64,000 nt of DNA from an uncultured Paraprevotella sp. (GCA_964540455.1 CAZIMK010000002.1:39643-103642), one strand, 5' to 3'; positions 1 through 9,772 are shown, counted from the first letter of the stretch. Translations and numbers: made by a program. Notes: generated from the letters alone by a model not told the origin.

Positions 1-108
1 GAACATCGACGACCCGGAATAACTCCTCCTATATATGGGGCTGACAACAAATATAATTTTTAATCCATAGCCCCTCTAAACAATTCATTATTTATATAAC
101 CCAATAAA

Positions 109-2172
109 ATGAGCAAATATACCAAAGTAAAAGTATCTACATTTATTGATGGATTGGATCAAATTTTATATGATGGTCTTGATTTGTCACGCAATCATAC
201 ATTAATAATTATTCGGGGGGGGGAGCACACTGAGAAAACGTTGCTTGGACTCCAGATGATGTATGGCATTGCTCAAGACCTAAATAACAATGAATACCCT
301 GTCGTTCCTTGCTTTTATACCAATCACTATAGTTGCGAATATATAAACGATCTATTACTAGATATAATAATAACAAAATGTATCCAATTGATGACAATAC
401 TTTATGTATCCAATCATAATACTGGATCGTTTCAAGACAATCTATTTTCACAACTTTTTTTCAAAACACCAAACAACCAAAATTTTAATTATCAATTACA
501 AGAAATAGACAATCTAATATGCCAAGAGGCAATATATTATAGTAATCGGACCAATGCCCTACACTATCGAACAACGGAGAACTACACCCATGATGAGAAT
601 TTTATTGTAGAACGCAGAGGTGAGGGAATTTCAGACTATTTTAATAAAGGCTCAAGATCTAAGGACCAGCAGATTAATAAACTAAAAAAATTAAGTAATC
701 GACTTAAATACCCGCTAATCGATAGTAAAACTGAAAATTTTAACAGTAAAAACATAACAGATTTAAAAAATGAGATCAGCAGTCATGACTATGATGCCAC
801 ATCCTTGGTTGCTTGTTATGATTTAATCTTTTCTTCCTTTAAAAACTTTTCACATATAACAGAGTTACTAAATAGCATTAATCAAAAACATAAAGTAGCT
901 TTGGTAGTTATACCAGACAACATACCCTTGTCAAATTTATACGCGGACATGATAATAGATCTCACGAACAAGGACGTAGAACATTATACTCTTCAATATC
1001 TTTGTATAACAAGATGCATTTTCCAGCTTACAGCAAAAGGTTGGCATCAATACAAACGTCGAGACTATGGCATAGAAATATTTCCGAGCATAAATACTTA
1101 TTTTTCCAAACGGCGCTATCTCCAGAGGGCGCTAGTGTACACACATTCCGATGTAGTAACTGATACATATCAGCAATATCTTGATTCGTTAGGGGTATCA
1201 AAATACCATTCAGGCGAGTATCGTGAATATACAGAAAATAAAGAACGCCGAAAGAAAGAATACATCAATGATTTACTCTCTCCGGAAATCTCTTATAATA
1301 CATCTATAGATATCCTTGAGAAAATTCTTCTTTCCCGAGGAAAAGATAATGGCATGCAAAACAAGAACGGCATACCGTTAATGAGACGTCGCGACTGCAT
1401 AAAATTATTTCGTGGCGGTGTCACTGCCATCATAGGGGAAGCCAATACTTACAAACGCTTTATAACTTTTGGAAGTATATTCAGTTCTTCACTCCAATAT
1501 GAACATTCCCTGATACTGCTTTTAAATAAAGACACAAGCATGACACGCAGGCGATTGTCGTGTCCGGCGATGATGCATAGCGGCACTTGCAGGAATGAAA
1601 AATGCGCACAATGTTATTCCTATATTCATTTTATGAATATTTTCATGGGAAATATAACATCTGACGAATTTATTTATTTTCTCCGCAGGCAGGTTAGTAT
1701 TCCATTTACGGATGGTCAACGCATAAGCAGGGTGATTATTGACGATCTCCAGATTCTTGATTTTTGTTTTCCTCTCTTGAAGAACGACCCATTGTTTGTT
1801 CCATCCTTAGCCGCACTCTGCCATGAACTTGATATAGATTTGTATATATTGTGTGATCGGGAAGCAGAAGCCACTTATAAACTTCGAGCGATAGCTGATA
1901 ATGTATTGTGTACGGAAAGAGATACTGACGGTGCGCTTCTATTATATATAGAACGTTTTGCTGGTTATGATAATACACCAAGCAAAATATACTGTGGCAA
2001 GATAAAACGGCCAAAAGAAATCTTTGAATGTTATGACATATCCGAAGAAAATGGACAAATAATACGCCAATATGGCATCAATGACGAACATATAGAAGAC
2101 CGTTCTGTGGTTTCTATGAATGAGTTTTGGTATGGCAGAAATAATCCTTCTTTTAGAAAAACAAAAAAATAG
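109..2172 (+). CDS. Tandem KaiC/RadA-like (RecA-superfamily) ATPase-fold protein with degenerate P-loops
   Basis: 687-aa ORF. The N-half 'STFIDGLDQILYDGLDLSRNHTLIIIRGGEHTEKT' and C-half 'LFRGGVTAIIGEANTYKRF...RVIIDDLQILDF' follow the KaiC/RadA layout (GLD..L.GG, P-loop, hhhhDD Walker B). 'ITRCIFQLTAKGWHQYKRRDYGIEIFPS' resembles the KaiC-type strand ending GI.VFP. Both Walker A boxes deviate from GxxxxGK[ST]. Family call is by motif recognition only. Confidence 0.55.
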   Translation: MSKYTKVKVSTFIDGLDQILYDGLDLSRNHTLIIIRGGEHTEKTLLGLQMMYGIAQDLNNNEYPVVPCFYTNHYSCEYINDLLLDIIITKCIQLMTILYVSNHNTGSFQDNLFSQLFFKTPNNQNFNYQLQEIDNLICQEAIYYSNRTNALHYRTTENYTHDENFIVERRGEGISDYFNKGSRSKDQQINKLKKLSNRLKYPLIDSKTENFNSKNITDLKNEISSHDYDATSLVACYDLIFSSFKNFSHITELLNSINQKHKVALVVIPDNIPLSNLYADMIIDLTNKDVEHYTLQYLCITRCIFQLTAKGWHQYKRRDYGIEIFPSINTYFSKRRYLQRALVYTHSDVVTDTYQQYLDSLGVSKYHSGEYREYTENKERRKKEYINDLLSPEISYNTSIDILEKILLSRGKDNGMQNKNGIPLMRRRDCIKLFRGGVTAIIGEANTYKRFITFGSIFSSSLQYEHSLILLLNKDTSMTRRRLSCPAMMHSGTCRNEKCAQCYSYIHFMNIFMGNITSDEFIYFLRRQVSIPFTDGQRISRVIIDDLQILDFCFPLLKNDPLFVPSLAALCHELDIDLYILCDREAEATYKLRAIADNVLCTERDTDGALLLYIERFAGYDNTPSKIYCGKIKRPKEIFECYDISEENGQIIRQYGINDEHIEDRSVVSMNEFWYGRNNPSFRKTKK
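215..223 (+). repeat. G9 homopolymer inside the first P-loop codons of the KaiC-like gene
   Basis: Counted directly: att cgg ggg ggg gag (I R G G E). Nine consecutive G in an otherwise AT-rich gene. Currently in frame. Confidence 0.9.
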
Positions 2173-2178
2173 AGTGTA

Positions 2179-3216
2179 ATGTTTAAAGAATTTATACATT
2201 GGTTTCACAAGGAAAAATTCCAGATTCTCCTAACCATATTTTCAGCTTTAATACCCGTTTTTTTCTCATTAGCAATAGAATCTCTACAGTTCAAATCGTG
2301 TTGCAATAAAGAAAGTCTCTACTGGAATTTCACACTTAAGGACACAGCCAATTATGCAATACAAAGCATTTTTATATTCATAACACTTTTCGTACTGATA
2401 AAAAATAAGCGCATTGCCTATGCAGATTTAAGAAACGACAGACCTATAAAACAATATTTAGTTAAAGTTTGCCGTTTAAAAATACCTTATAATAAAATTA
2501 TAGATGAAAAATTCCACGTTATAAGCGAAGCCACAATGCAGTTTTACCGTACATGGATGTTTGTCTGGATTTTATGGCTGGCATATTATGTAGGGAATTT
2601 GATATTTGAGCTTGCTTCGGAGCCGAACGACCGTATCATGATAGCTCAAGCTATATATACTCAATTATTTGATTTTCTTAATAGCACGGCAATGTTTGTC
2701 ATATATCTCGTATTAACAAATGTGACAGTAAACATCCGTCAGCGTACGGACAATGACGAAAGTTATTGGTATGGTGTTATAACATGGATTATAATGCTTT
2801 CAATATTCATTATTTGCGTAGCTTTTGAAATCTGTTGCGGTAAAGGCCATTTCGCTTTCTGTCGGTATGTAACCTCTCTTGTCTTAAGTTTGTTTTCAGC
2901 CATATCTTTCATGCTAGTAATAGGCAAGCTCAATAGTATCTATTTGCAAATACCACAACTCTTCCTATGGGCACTATATTTATATGGGATACTGCAATGT
3001 TATGTTCCCATTTCGTTATTAAAAACAGGAGACATAGGTTGTATCGGCACATGTGTTAAAAATATCATACCGTATGTAACCCTTATAGGAAAAGTGTTTT
3101 TGATGTTGTCTCTTTGTTGGATTGTCAATCATAAGCGTATTATATATTATATTATTCATCAAAGCCTTTTAATTGAAGATACGCCAAGAATGCTCAAAGA
3201 ACTTAATAGAGAATAA
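2179..3216 (+). CDS. Polytopic membrane protein, unknown family
   Basis: 345-aa ORF starting 6 nt after the upstream stop, so probably the same operon. About 8 long hydrophobic segments (e.g. 'ILLTIFSALIPVFFSLAI', 'WMFVWILWLAYYVGNLIF', 'VITWIIMLSIFIICVAF'). No family motif recognised. Confidence 0.7.
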   Translation: MFKEFIHWFHKEKFQILLTIFSALIPVFFSLAIESLQFKSCCNKESLYWNFTLKDTANYAIQSIFIFITLFVLIKNKRIAYADLRNDRPIKQYLVKVCRLKIPYNKIIDEKFHVISEATMQFYRTWMFVWILWLAYYVGNLIFELASEPNDRIMIAQAIYTQLFDFLNSTAMFVIYLVLTNVTVNIRQRTDNDESYWYGVITWIIMLSIFIICVAFEICCGKGHFAFCRYVTSLVLSLFSAISFMLVIGKLNSIYLQIPQLFLWALYLYGILQCYVPISLLKTGDIGCIGTCVKNIIPYVTLIGKVFLMLSLCWIVNHKRIIYYIIHQSLLIEDTPRMLKELNRE

Positions 3217-3283
3217 CAGACAAGTAAACTATAAAAATTAATTTATGCCAAGCCACATTGGCAAAATTTATTTCAAGACCAGA

Positions 3284-4262
3284 TCAAAGCGCGGCCAAAG
3301 CTCTGTTGGTTGCATAAAGCAAGGAATCTGTGAAAACAGAATCCACTGGTCTGAGCCATTTGCCCTTGAGGATTCGCCACAACATCTCAGCTATATTCAG
3401 ATAAGGAGTATATGACGGAAGAAAGAAGAGAAAAAGCCTCGCTTCTCCCAATGATCCGAAGCTCCCACATGAGTCTGCATCTGTGTATACTGGCATTATC
3501 AAGTACCACAAATGTATCCTTCTGAATACGCAGCGACACAGCCGACCAAGAAAATCAGCTATCTTGTCAGCCATCATATTCTCCGCTGTAGAGAAACCAT
3601 GATATCGGTTGTTCCAGTCAATAATGCCGAAAATATTGAATCTGAGTCCTCTTTTAGATGGGAAGTGGACATCCTCATTGCGGAGCTGCCAATCATACGG
3701 CACAGAACCTTCGGTGCTGATATGACTTTCATCTCCGTAATAGAGGATGAGTCCGGCAAATGCCTGTTGTTTGAGTTCTTGCAGTTTCTCGGTTTTATAC
3801 GTATAGATGCAGCGGCGAGGGTTTACCTTGGGGTGTTTCCTTATACGCCAATGCGGAAAAAAAGCCCTAAAAGTGTTCTCGTTCGCCTCCTTGCCGGAGG
3901 TCTGCTGCTAGACTATTTTCGCTTTCTTCACACTCTGCCTATCGTTCTCGATGACAATGCGCACAGCTTCTTCGTTCGGACAGTCCATGATTGATTTCCC
4001 CCGTCCTGGACGTGTCCCTAGTCCACGGATACCTTCTGTCTTGAAGCGTTTTACCCAGAATTTGAATGACATATGTCATTTCTATCTGTAATCCAACTTA
4101 CTCTGAAGTCAGACCGATTGATTTTAGAAGCACGGCGCGACAACACATGCGAGAAACGTGGCTCTTGCCGTGGCGAAAGCCATTCTCTAATTGCAAACAT
4201 TGCTGGTCTGTCAGTTGTATAACATTGATTCTTGCGATAGTAGTAAATGTTCATGCCTATAA
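3284..4262 (-). pseudogene. IS630-family (DDE_3) transposase, frameshifted and with an in-frame stop
   Basis: Minus-strand translation gives typical IS630 segments: 'LTDQQCLQLENGFRHGKSHVSRMCCRAVLLKS', 'LILYYGDESHISTEGSVPYDWQ', 'KDTFVVLDNASIHR' and 'LFLFFLPSYTPYLNIAEMLWRILKGKW'. These lie in different frames, and an in-frame TAG sits at 3908-3910. No intact start codon was found. Confidence 0.8.
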
Positions 4263-4314
4263 CACACAGACCTACGCAAAAATTTTGATATAAACTAAAA
4301 TTCAACATCTATTT

Positions 4315-5031
4315 ATGAATATCGCATTAATTATTGCCGGAGGCTCCGGAAATAGAATGGGACAAGACATACCCAAACAATTCATGCACGTTGACGGCTG
4401 TCCCATAATCATCCATACCATGCAATGCTTCCAAAAGCATCCCGACATCGACGCCATTGCAGTTGTCTGTCTTAAAGGCTGGGATACAGTACTTCAGGCA
4501 TACGCCAATCAGTTTGCAATTACTAAGCTGAAACATATATTTCCTGGTGGGGATACCGGTATGGAATCTATTCATAACGGTATTTACGGGATAAAGGAAT
4601 CGGGATACAGCAATGAAGATTTAGTCTTAATCCATGACTCTGTACGCCCGCTTCTCAGTCAAGATATAATATCGTCCAATATTGCTACCTGCAAAGCCTA
4701 CGGATATGCGGTAACTGGAATAAAATGCAGGGAAGCTATTTTGGAGACAGAGGACGGTTTTTCTACTTCAACAAGTATTCCTCGTGACAAACTTGTGCGC
4801 ACTCAAACCCCACAGACTTTCCGCTTAAGCAATATCATCAATGTCCATGAGGAAGCAGGTAAAAAAGGTATTACGGACAGTGTGGCTTCGTGTACGCTGG
4901 TAGCGGAAGTCGGTGGACATGAGATGCATATCGTACCAGGTTCCGAGAAAAACATTAAAATCACCACTGTAGAAGATCTTGAAATACTGAAAGCATTGAT
5001 GCAGACAAGTAAAGATAATTGGTTAAAATGA
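4315..5031 (+). CDS. IspD/TarI-like sugar-alcohol-phosphate cytidylyltransferase
   Basis: 238 aa. N-terminal 'IALIIAGGSGNRMGQDIPKQF' is the IspD/TarI nucleotidyltransferase signature. It is the first gene of the polysaccharide locus. Confidence 0.85.
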   Translation: MNIALIIAGGSGNRMGQDIPKQFMHVDGCPIIIHTMQCFQKHPDIDAIAVVCLKGWDTVLQAYANQFAITKLKHIFPGGDTGMESIHNGIYGIKESGYSNEDLVLIHDSVRPLLSQDIISSNIATCKAYGYAVTGIKCREAILETEDGFSTSTSIPRDKLVRTQTPQTFRLSNIINVHEEAGKKGITDSVASCTLVAEVGGHEMHIVPGSEKNIKITTVEDLEILKALMQTSKDNWLK

Positions 5032-5032
5032 C

Positions 5033-6055
5033 ATGGCATACCAAGATGATATAAAACAAGTCGCGTCTCTGAATCTCCCGTGGGAAAAACTGGAACATTG
5101 CAATATTCTGGTTACCGGCGCCACTGGATTGATAGGCTCGTGCGTTGTCGAAGTCCTGATGTCGCGCCCGGAAATAAACTATCATGTATATGCTTCCGGT
5201 CGTAATGAGACACGTTTACATCGCTTTGCGGATTTTTTCAATTCCCCGAATTTTCATTTCATCAAATATGATGTAACCGAACCGTTGGAGAGCGATATCG
5301 ATTTTCAATATATTATTCATGCGGCCAGCAACGCTTCTCCCAATTTCTTTGCAACCAAGCCGGTTGAAATTATCAAAGCCAATATAAATGGGGTAGCCAA
5401 TCTTATGGATTATGGACTGCGACATGGGCTCAAACGTTTGCTGTATGTTTCAACAGGAGAAGTGTATGGAGAAGGGGACGGACGAGTGTTCACGGAAGAA
5501 TATAGCGGCTATGTGGATTGCATGAAGCCACGCTCGTGTTATCCGTCCGCAAAGCGTGCGGCTGAGACTTTATGTGTCGCTTATGGTGCGGAATACAGCA
5601 TAGATACAGTCATAGCCCGCCCTTCTCACACTTATGGTCCTAATTTTACCGAATCAGACAACCGCGTATATGCCCAATTCATCAGAAATGTACTGAAAGG
5701 TGAAGATATTGTGATGAAAAGTTCCGGTTCCCAGTTCCGCTCCTGGTGTTACGTGGTGGACTGCGTATCTGCATTGTTATTTATATTGCTGAAAGGGAAA
5801 AATGGCCAGGCCTATAATATTGCGGATGAATCATCAAACATTTCAATCAGAGAATTGGCTGAAATGATAGCCGGAATCTGTAATAAAAACGTCGTTATAG
5901 ACATTCCGTCGGAATCTGAAGCATCCGGATATAACATTGTCACAAAGTCTGTATTTTCCACAAAAAAGTTACAATACTTAGGATGGAATGTAGAAGGATG
6001 TATGACAGATAAAATGAAAACTACAATCAATCAGGCCAAACAATTGCGATTATAG
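5033..6055 (+). CDS. NAD-dependent epimerase/dehydratase (extended SDR)
   Basis: 340 aa with the Rossmann motif 'ILVTGATGLIGSCVV' and the catalytic 'YPSAKRAAE' (YxxxK). Starts 1 nt after the upstream stop. Confidence 0.85.
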   Translation: MAYQDDIKQVASLNLPWEKLEHCNILVTGATGLIGSCVVEVLMSRPEINYHVYASGRNETRLHRFADFFNSPNFHFIKYDVTEPLESDIDFQYIIHAASNASPNFFATKPVEIIKANINGVANLMDYGLRHGLKRLLYVSTGEVYGEGDGRVFTEEYSGYVDCMKPRSCYPSAKRAAETLCVAYGAEYSIDTVIARPSHTYGPNFTESDNRVYAQFIRNVLKGEDIVMKSSGSQFRSWCYVVDCVSALLFILLKGKNGQAYNIADESSNISIRELAEMIAGICNKNVVIDIPSESEASGYNIVTKSVFSTKKLQYLGWNVEGCMTDKMKTTINQAKQLRL

Positions 6056-6459
6056 AGAAGTTGCGTGTTGGAACAAAGAAAATGAACCCATTTAAACTCT
6101 AATATTTGCTATTTTATTGGTGTAAGCGTCCAAGCAAAAACTAAAGAAAAACGACAAACTTCGCAGTTGTACCATCATCCCTAATTGATTATGTATTACA
6201 ACAACAAAGATTTTGAGGGCTTTTATGTCCGCTATAAGGCGGATGCTCTTTCGCAGAACATCTCAGCTCAGGAGTTTTGTATCCGTAAGATGTGCTACGT
6301 TGGACGTGAGTGGATTATGGCGGTTTTATTATATCCGCGACTTCAAGGACATGCCTTGTTAATATGGTCGTGTGATGTCGGTAGCATGGGAACAAATTCA
6401 TTAAAAAAAATGATAATTTCAGTACCATTTTTAGAGTGTAAATTTTAGACAAGTAACGC

Positions 6460-7905
6460 ATGGAGAAATCGTTAAAAAGCAATGCCATTTTTGGAATGGC
6501 CTGGACCGCAATGGAGCGTTTCGGACAGCAATTTCTCAGACTGATTATCGGGATAATAATAGCACGTATCCTTGAACCGTACATGTTTGGTATTGTAGGT
6601 ATGACGGTCATATTTACAGATTTGGCCCAATCGATCCTCGACAGCGGTTTTGGCAGTGCCCTGATTCAAAAAAAAGACAGAGACGAAACAGACTATTCCA
6701 CCTGTTTTTATTTCAACGTCGTTGTCGGATTAACTCTATATATAGTGCTATTCATGTCGGCACCATATATAGCAGATTTCTATCATACGGAAGAACTTGT
6801 CAATGTAATCCGGATCATCTCCATCGGATTTGTACTCAATTCTCTTATTATCTCACAAAACGCCAAATTATCTGTAGAATTCAAGTTTAAAGTTTCTGCC
6901 ATCATAAACGTTACTTCATATTTAATCTCCGGTGTTGCAGGTATTGTTTTAGCATATACGGGATTTGGGGTATGGGCACTTGTTTTTCAACAGGTTTTAG
7001 CCTGTCTTTTAAGAGTGTTTTTTATTGAAATATATACCCGCTGGATACCTTTACTGGCTTTCTCAAGGAATTCTTTCAACTATCTTTTCAATTTCGGAAG
7101 CAAGGTATTGGTTTCCGGTTTCTTATTCAGCATTTATAACAACTTGTACACACTGGTCATCGGACGTATATTTGCTCCCGCAGAAGTGGGACATTACAAC
7201 AGGGCCAACCAGTTTGCCGCCTTACCCTCAAGTACTTTAATCGGGATTGTCATGAAAGTCGCATATCCTTTAATGTCTAAAGTGCAAGATGACACAAACC
7301 GTTTACGCCGTAGTTACCAAAAATTTCTGCGCCTGCCTATATACATAATTTACCCCATTTTAGTAGGATTGATCGTATTGGCAGAACCCTTTATCGTTCT
7401 GTTGATCGGCGAAAAATGGATTTTTTGTGTTCCTCTTCTGCAAGTATTGGCATTCGGTTATATGTTTGACCCGCTGACTCAAGTCAATCTGAACATATTA
7501 TATGTGAAGGGGCGGACAGACCTTGTGTTGAAATTAGACATCATCAAACGTATTATAGGTCTGGGTATTTTATTTTCAACAATACCTTTCGGCATTTGGT
7601 GGCTGTGTTTCGGACGTTCCGTTTATGGTCTGATAGCTTACAGCATTAATTGTTATTACACCGGGAAATATATTGATTTCGGTTTCTGGGAGCAAATGAA
7701 ATACAATATTCCTCTATTTGTCAAAGCTGGTATAATGGGGGTGTTATGTTATGTCCCGACCCTTTTTACTCCCAATTATTACTATCAATTAATATCCGGT
7801 ACAATAATAGGGATTATCAGTTATTGGGTCATATCTGTCATCACCCATGATGAGAGTTATAATGATTTAATTGAGATAATAAAATCAAGAAAGAAAAAAG
7901 CATAA
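6460..7905 (+). CDS. wzx: Oligosaccharide flippase (MOP/Wzx family)
   Basis: 481 aa, about 12-14 hydrophobic helices. The N-terminus 'NAIFGMAWTAMERFGQQFLRLIIGIIIARIL' is typical of polysaccharide-biosynthesis (Wzx) proteins. Confidence 0.85.
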   Translation: MEKSLKSNAIFGMAWTAMERFGQQFLRLIIGIIIARILEPYMFGIVGMTVIFTDLAQSILDSGFGSALIQKKDRDETDYSTCFYFNVVVGLTLYIVLFMSAPYIADFYHTEELVNVIRIISIGFVLNSLIISQNAKLSVEFKFKVSAIINVTSYLISGVAGIVLAYTGFGVWALVFQQVLACLLRVFFIEIYTRWIPLLAFSRNSFNYLFNFGSKVLVSGFLFSIYNNLYTLVIGRIFAPAEVGHYNRANQFAALPSSTLIGIVMKVAYPLMSKVQDDTNRLRRSYQKFLRLPIYIIYPILVGLIVLAEPFIVLLIGEKWIFCVPLLQVLAFGYMFDPLTQVNLNILYVKGRTDLVLKLDIIKRIIGLGILFSTIPFGIWWLCFGRSVYGLIAYSINCYYTGKYIDFGFWEQMKYNIPLFVKAGIMGVLCYVPTLFTPNYYYQLISGTIIGIISYWVISVITHDESYNDLIEIIKSRKKKA

Positions 7906-7983
7906 ACAACGAACCTTATCGCAAGGTAAGGTTCCTTTTGAAACGAATAGTATACATTTATAAAGAACATAAAACAAGTTGAA

Positions 7984-8769
7984 ATGAGAGAAGTTACACC
8001 GTACGAAATGCGCAAATTGCAACTGGAACTTCTTGACGATGTCCATAGCTATTGTTTAAAGCACAACATCCGATATTCTTTGGCCGGAGGTTCATTGCTT
8101 GGCGCCATCCGTCATAAAGGTTTCATTCCATGGGATGATGATATCGACGTATTGATGCCCCGCCCCGACTATGAACGGTTTATCGCACAATATGACGGCA
8201 GCGAACACCATCATACCTCTCAGACATACAAAAACTCTCTTATCTGCGGAGTCCCTTTCTGTAAAGTGTACGATACACGTACCGTACTCTATGAAGGGCC
8301 GATAAAAAACGGTGTATTCGTAGATGTTTTTCCCATCGACGGACTCCCTGACAAAGAACACTTGAACGCCTATGTAGATGAACTCATGCGTTTACTGCGA
8401 CTGCAAGGTAAAACCATGAAATTCTATCTCTACAAAGGGGGATGGTTTATGAGATTGAAATATGTAATCAAAAGACTGATATATCCAAGTCATGAAAAAG
8501 CAGTCAAGGCACTGGATGATTTTTTTGGTCATTATCCATTTGATTCCGCTCAATATGCCGGCTGCCCTGTCGCTTCTTACCCGAAAAAGGAACACATGAA
8601 TGCCGATGTATATCGTGAATACACAGATGTGTCATTCGAAGGTAAAACATATAAAGGTTTAAAAGACTATGACACTTACCTCAGTGTACTCTATGGGGAT
8701 TACATGAAATTACCTCCCGTTGAGCAACAACAGGGACATCATTTTGTTAAAGCATACTGGCTGGAATAA
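7984..8769 (+). CDS. LicD-family phosphotransferase
   Basis: 261 aa with '[31 protein letters not shown]', the LicD nucleotidyltransferase-fold signature. Confidence 0.85.
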   Translation: MREVTPYEMRKLQLELLDDVHSYCLKHNIRYSLAGGSLLGAIRHKGFIPWDDDIDVLMPRPDYERFIAQYDGSEHHHTSQTYKNSLICGVPFCKVYDTRTVLYEGPIKNGVFVDVFPIDGLPDKEHLNAYVDELMRLLRLQGKTMKFYLYKGGWFMRLKYVIKRLIYPSHEKAVKALDDFFGHYPFDSAQYAGCPVASYPKKEHMNADVYREYTDVSFEGKTYKGLKDYDTYLSVLYGDYMKLPPVEQQQGHHFVKAYWLE

Positions 8770-8794
8770 ATCAATACCCATAAAAAAGGAAGAT

Positions 8795-9364
8795 ATGCAT
8801 ATATTTAAAAGAGCATTTTATACTATAAAGTACTGTCCTCTCTTGTTGCTGCTTTCAAGACATAAGGAGGTGTCGGAGGAACTTTATCATGCATGCGATT
8901 CCATGTCGATGGCTTCCAATTCATTTCGGATTATACATCTGTTGGAACATCATAAAGAATATCGCAACTATCTTTACTATAAAATCTATCATGGCAGGTG
9001 GAATCTCTTTGAATGTATTTATAAACCAGACCCAACGTTTATCATCTGGTGTGAAAAGATGGGAAAAAACATTGTATTATGGCATCCGTTTTCAACCATA
9101 TTGAATTGTCAGTCAATAGGTGACAACTGTATAATTCGCAACAATACGACTATTGGCAACAAGGGAATAACCGGAAGTCCTACTCCTGTTATTGGAAACA
9201 ACGTAAGTATAGGCGTAAATGTGTGCATCATAGGTGGCATTACCATTGGGAATAATGTAACCATCGGGGCTGGTAGCGTAGTAACCAAAGATATCCCCGA
9301 CAATGCCGTAATAGTGGGAAATCCGGCCAAAATCATCAGATATAATACAGACAGCATCGCTTAA
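8795..9364 (+). CDS. Hexapeptide-repeat (LbH) O-acetyltransferase
   Basis: The C-terminal half is made of hexapeptide repeats ('[31 protein letters not shown]'). The start was moved to the ATG at 8795, because the track ORF from 8720 overlaps the LicD gene. Confidence 0.8.
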   Translation: MHIFKRAFYTIKYCPLLLLLSRHKEVSEELYHACDSMSMASNSFRIIHLLEHHKEYRNYLYYKIYHGRWNLFECIYKPDPTFIIWCEKMGKNIVLWHPFSTILNCQSIGDNCIIRNNTTIGNKGITGSPTPVIGNNVSIGVNVCIIGGITIGNNVTIGAGSVVTKDIPDNAVIVGNPAKIIRYNTDSIA

Positions 9365-9487
9365 TGAAAGAGATTTAAACAAATTATTTTATGTCATGAT
9401 GTGAGCATTAAAGAGATTATTTATGTTAAAAAGCGGCAAATCAACGACATATAGTCTCATTTGTTTGGCATATATAAAAATATATAT

Positions 9488-9495
9488 TATTTTTG
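9488..9495 (+). promoter_or_regulatory. Bacteroides-type -7 promoter motif (TATTTTTG)
   Basis: Matches TAnnTTTG, 17 nt upstream of the ATG at 9512. It lies inside the polysaccharide operon. Confidence 0.5.
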
Positions 9496-9511
9496 CAGAA
9501 ACGCCATTGTC

Positions 9512-9772
9512 ATGAGCAATTATCTAAGTTATATATATAGGCATAAATGCGGAAATATATCCGATTTGAACCGCAAATTCGGCAAAACGTCTGTTCGCCG
9601 GATGGAGGCCATGGGATATATCGTAAATGCCCCGACAAAAGATGGCGATACGTGGAAGATTTCCTCACGGGCTAAAAAACTTGCCGAGTTGCGTTGTCGC
9701 GACAATACATTGTGGGAACGGTTTTGCGACTGGTTTTATCTGAAAGTGCGTAGAATAGATTTCGGCATATAA
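9512..9772 (+). CDS. Small hypothetical protein, possible winged-helix DNA binder
   Basis: 86 aa from the internal ATG (the track ORF starts at 9461). 'ISDLNRKFGKTSVRRMEAMGYIVN' looks wHTH-like. The stop overlaps the next start (TAATG). Confidence 0.5.
   Translation: MSNYLSYIYRHKCGNISDLNRKFGKTSVRRMEAMGYIVNAPTKDGDTWKISSRAKKLAELRCRDNTLWERFCDWFYLKVRRIDFGI

Noticed and set aside
1-22. A possible 3' end of an upstream plus-strand gene (frame 2: N I D D P E stop at 20-22), GC-rich unlike what follows.
   Set aside because: It is too short to support as a feature. It is used only as a hint for the left boundary of the AT-rich block.
6185-6448. An 87-aa ORF in the 400-bp gap between the SDR and flippase genes. 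Its first 35 or so residues (YYNNKDFEGFYVRYKADALSQNISAQEFCIRK) vaguely recall N-termini of small IS-associated proteins in Bacteroides.
   Set aside because: This rests on recollection only, and the remainder of the ORF looks like noise. I cannot support it as a CDS or as a defined IS remnant. The unusually long spacer is real but unexplained.
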